Shown: piece after piece, positions 25,600 through 27,075 of the stretch | How positions within the stretch are numbered: position 1 is the stretch's first letter | Layout of the letters: the number at the start of each line of letters is the position of its first letter | Assembly: GCA_043750315.1 (NCBI GenBank) | Contig: JAYVBS010000213.1 | Coordinates: forward strand, 1 to 27,075 | DNA: 27,075 bases | DNA from: Chitinophagaceae bacterium | GTDB taxonomy: Bacteria > Bacteroidota > Bacteroidia > Chitinophagales > Chitinophagaceae | Reading direction: 5' to 3' | The notes under the pieces: model-generated | Seen by the model: only the letters and a program-made list of their open reading frames with translations | What the model was told of the DNA's origin: nothing | Database searches by the model: none | Position numbers and translations under genes: made by a program

Positions 25600-25998
25600 T
25601 TAAATTAGAAAAACGCAGTTCAGAATGTAAATTGGACAATCTTGCTTTCGAGGTGGGGCGTTACAGTTTGGTTTTTTATCAGTGATTGAAACAAAACCAA
25701 AATCTGTTAATTGGAAAAATGCTGGGGGTGTACCTAAAATTACTATATCAGTAAATTGAATATTACTTTCAGTAATTTTTTGGGCCGAATTATCTTTTAA
25801 AAACCTATGTACATCTTTGCAGCATCCGTTATCTTTGGATTCATCTTTGTCCATTCCACATTTACTGCATGTTTTAGATTCTTGATATCCTAAATTCCAA
25901 TCTGCCAACTTACCCATGCAGTAATGCATATGTATTGTTGCTCCTGTTGAAGTAACTAAATACAAAACTGCTAATATTGTGACGATGAACTTTTTCAT
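25600..25998 (-). CDS. HYC_CC_PP family protein
   Basis: N-terminal hydrophobic segment, then HMHYCMG, CSKCGM, GCCKD, APP and terminal LNCVFLI; first gene of the copper locus. Confidence 0.87.
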   Translation of the reverse strand: MKKFIVTILAVLYLVTSTGATIHMHYCMGKLADWNLGYQESKTCSKCGMDKDESKDNGCCKDVHRFLKDNSAQKITESNIQFTDIVILGTPPAFFQLTDFGFVSITDKKPNCNAPPRKQDCPIYILNCVFLI

Positions 25999-26010
25999 TT
26001 ACTATCAGTA

Positions 26011-26018
26011 CAAAATTA
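26011..26018 (-). promoter_or_regulatory. Putative -7 promoter element TAATTTTG for the copper locus
   Basis: Exact TAnnTTTG match 12 nt upstream of the ATG at 25998. Confidence 0.55.
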
Positions 26019-26206
26019 TACTAATTATTTTGACAGAAGGCTATTTATTTTAGTCAATTAACAAATCCTTATCATGTTAAAGTAACTTAGGATTATAAAT
26101 AAGACAAGTACACAGGAAACAAAATTCAAAAAATAAAAAGAGTTTAAAAATTTAGATACTTATATGAGTCATGAATAAACAAATTTAAAAAAAATGCTTC
26201 TAAATT

Positions 26207-26242
26207 AAAAAACCACTTGTTAATATTTCATAACAAGTGGTT
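26207..26242 (-). terminator. Intrinsic terminator closing repeat copy B
   Basis: Perfect 12-bp stem AACCACTTGTTA / TAACAAGTGGTT with an 8-nt loop, followed by a T tract on the minus strand. Confidence 0.75.
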
Positions 26243-26397
26243 GATTCTTTAGTGACCGCGTTAGAGTTTAATTTAAAGCGGTTAATTAGCTGTAAAGTAA
26301 TATTTTATTGCAATTTTAAAAGCCCTTCATTCACTTTTGTGAATTATTTTCATTTGCTTTTATTGTTCATCGAATTGCTTCAAAACAAAAGTAATAT
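26241..26397 (-). repeat. Direct repeat copy B (~157 bp), candidate small RNA gene
   Basis: About 83% identical to 9797-9955 by hand alignment, same orientation. Confidence 0.9.
26386..26393 (-). promoter_or_regulatory. Putative -7 promoter element TACTTTTG at the 5' end of repeat B
   Basis: Exact TAnnTTTG match, conserved between both copies. Confidence 0.55.
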
Positions 26398-26539
26398 TAT
26401 AATTCATCTTATGAAAATAATAGTTATAAAATTTTACCTTTTAAAAATCCTTTTAAGTAATTCTCTAAAAGAAAATGCACTAATACCTTGCAAAATATTA
26501 TAATAGAGTTAAAAGATAATTAATTATTTAAAGGGTCTA

Positions 26540-27075
26540 TTATAAATCATTCAATTTAAAACAACAACCCTCTACCCAAATACTTACTATTAGGTTTTCA
26601 ATATAAATAGGTTTAGCATCATCAACTACATTAATATTAGTATGTTTTATTTTGTTACCATCTATCACAACCACCATACCAGAACCAATACAGTTTGCAG
26701 TATTGCCACTTGAAATTAATAAAGCTGTGTTTTCACCCAAACCAATGCCAATGCAGGATGGACTTAATGCAACAGCGTGTGCAAGGCGTGCAAAACGTCC
26801 ACGCTTTATAAAGTGTGTATCAATAATAATATTTTTAATAAAGTCGAACCCTTTAACAATTTTTATATCGTCTTTATAAAGAGCTTCGGCTATTATTCCT
26901 CCTGCAATAATATTTTCAGACATAGCCATAGCACCAGCACTTGTTCCTGCAACAATAAAATTTTCATCGGCATAATACTTGGTTTTAATGGCTGATAATA
27001 ATGCAGTGCCAGCCAGCAAGGCAACAAGTTTATTTTGGTCTCCTCCAGTAAAAAATACTGCGTGAGCAGTTTGAA
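26540..27075 (-). CDS. cphB: Cyanophycinase (peptidase S51), C-terminal part; start lies beyond the right edge
   Basis: AVFFTGGDQNKL, catalytic Ser motif AGTSAGAMAMS, IIDTHFIKRGRFARL and GIGLGENTAL. Confidence 0.92.
   Translation of the reverse strand, partial: QTAHAVFFTGGDQNKLVALLAGTALLSAIKTKYYADENFIVAGTSAGAMAMSENIIAGGIIAEALYKDDIKIVKGFDFIKNIIIDTHFIKRGRFARLAHAVALSPSCIGIGLGENTALLISSGNTANCIGSGMVVVIDGNKIKHTNINVVDDAKPIYIENLIVSIWVEGCCFKLNDL

Noticed and set aside
26237-26503. 88-aa plus-strand ORF over repeat B
   Set aside because: The aligned frame in repeat A stops almost at once (GTG ACC GCG TAA), so the conserved sequence is not this protein.
24871-26995. Track ORFs 24871-25053, 26652-26879 and 26777-26995
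   Set aside because: Antisense to the DUF3347 and cyanophycinase genes.

Overview
Low-GC Bacteroidota DNA; a Chitinophagaceae-like origin is inferred from gene content and TAnnTTTG promoter elements. Left to right: (1) the N-terminal part of a TonB-dependent receptor (minus strand, runs off the left edge) and two small hypothetical ORFs. (2) A plus-strand stress block: His-rich small protein, decayed lipocalin, a 51-aa ORF missed by the track, DJ-1/PfpI protein, peroxiredoxin and YihY/BrkB. (3) A convergent minus-strand operon: type III PKS broken by one in-frame TGA, ICMT-family methyltransferase, FNR-like oxidoreductase, ferritin and a truncated type II NADH dehydrogenase. (4) A ~15.8 kb minus-strand copper-resistance locus: HYC_CC_PP protein, triple metal-binding-repeat protein, DUF3347, CusA split into two genes, TolC, multicopper oxidase, two CusB-like adaptors, CxxCH heme protein, a 25% Met lipoprotein, a 40-aa membrane peptide, CopB-type P1B ATPase, SAM methyltransferase, DUF2911 and a frameshifted PepSY protein. 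No regulator is visible in this locus. (5) The C-terminal part of a cyanophycinase. The most unusual observation is a ~150-bp, ~83% identical non-coding direct repeat on each side of the copper locus (9797-9955 and 26241-26397). On the minus strand each copy starts at a -7 promoter element and ends at its own, unrelated intrinsic terminator, which suggests two paralogous undescribed small RNAs.
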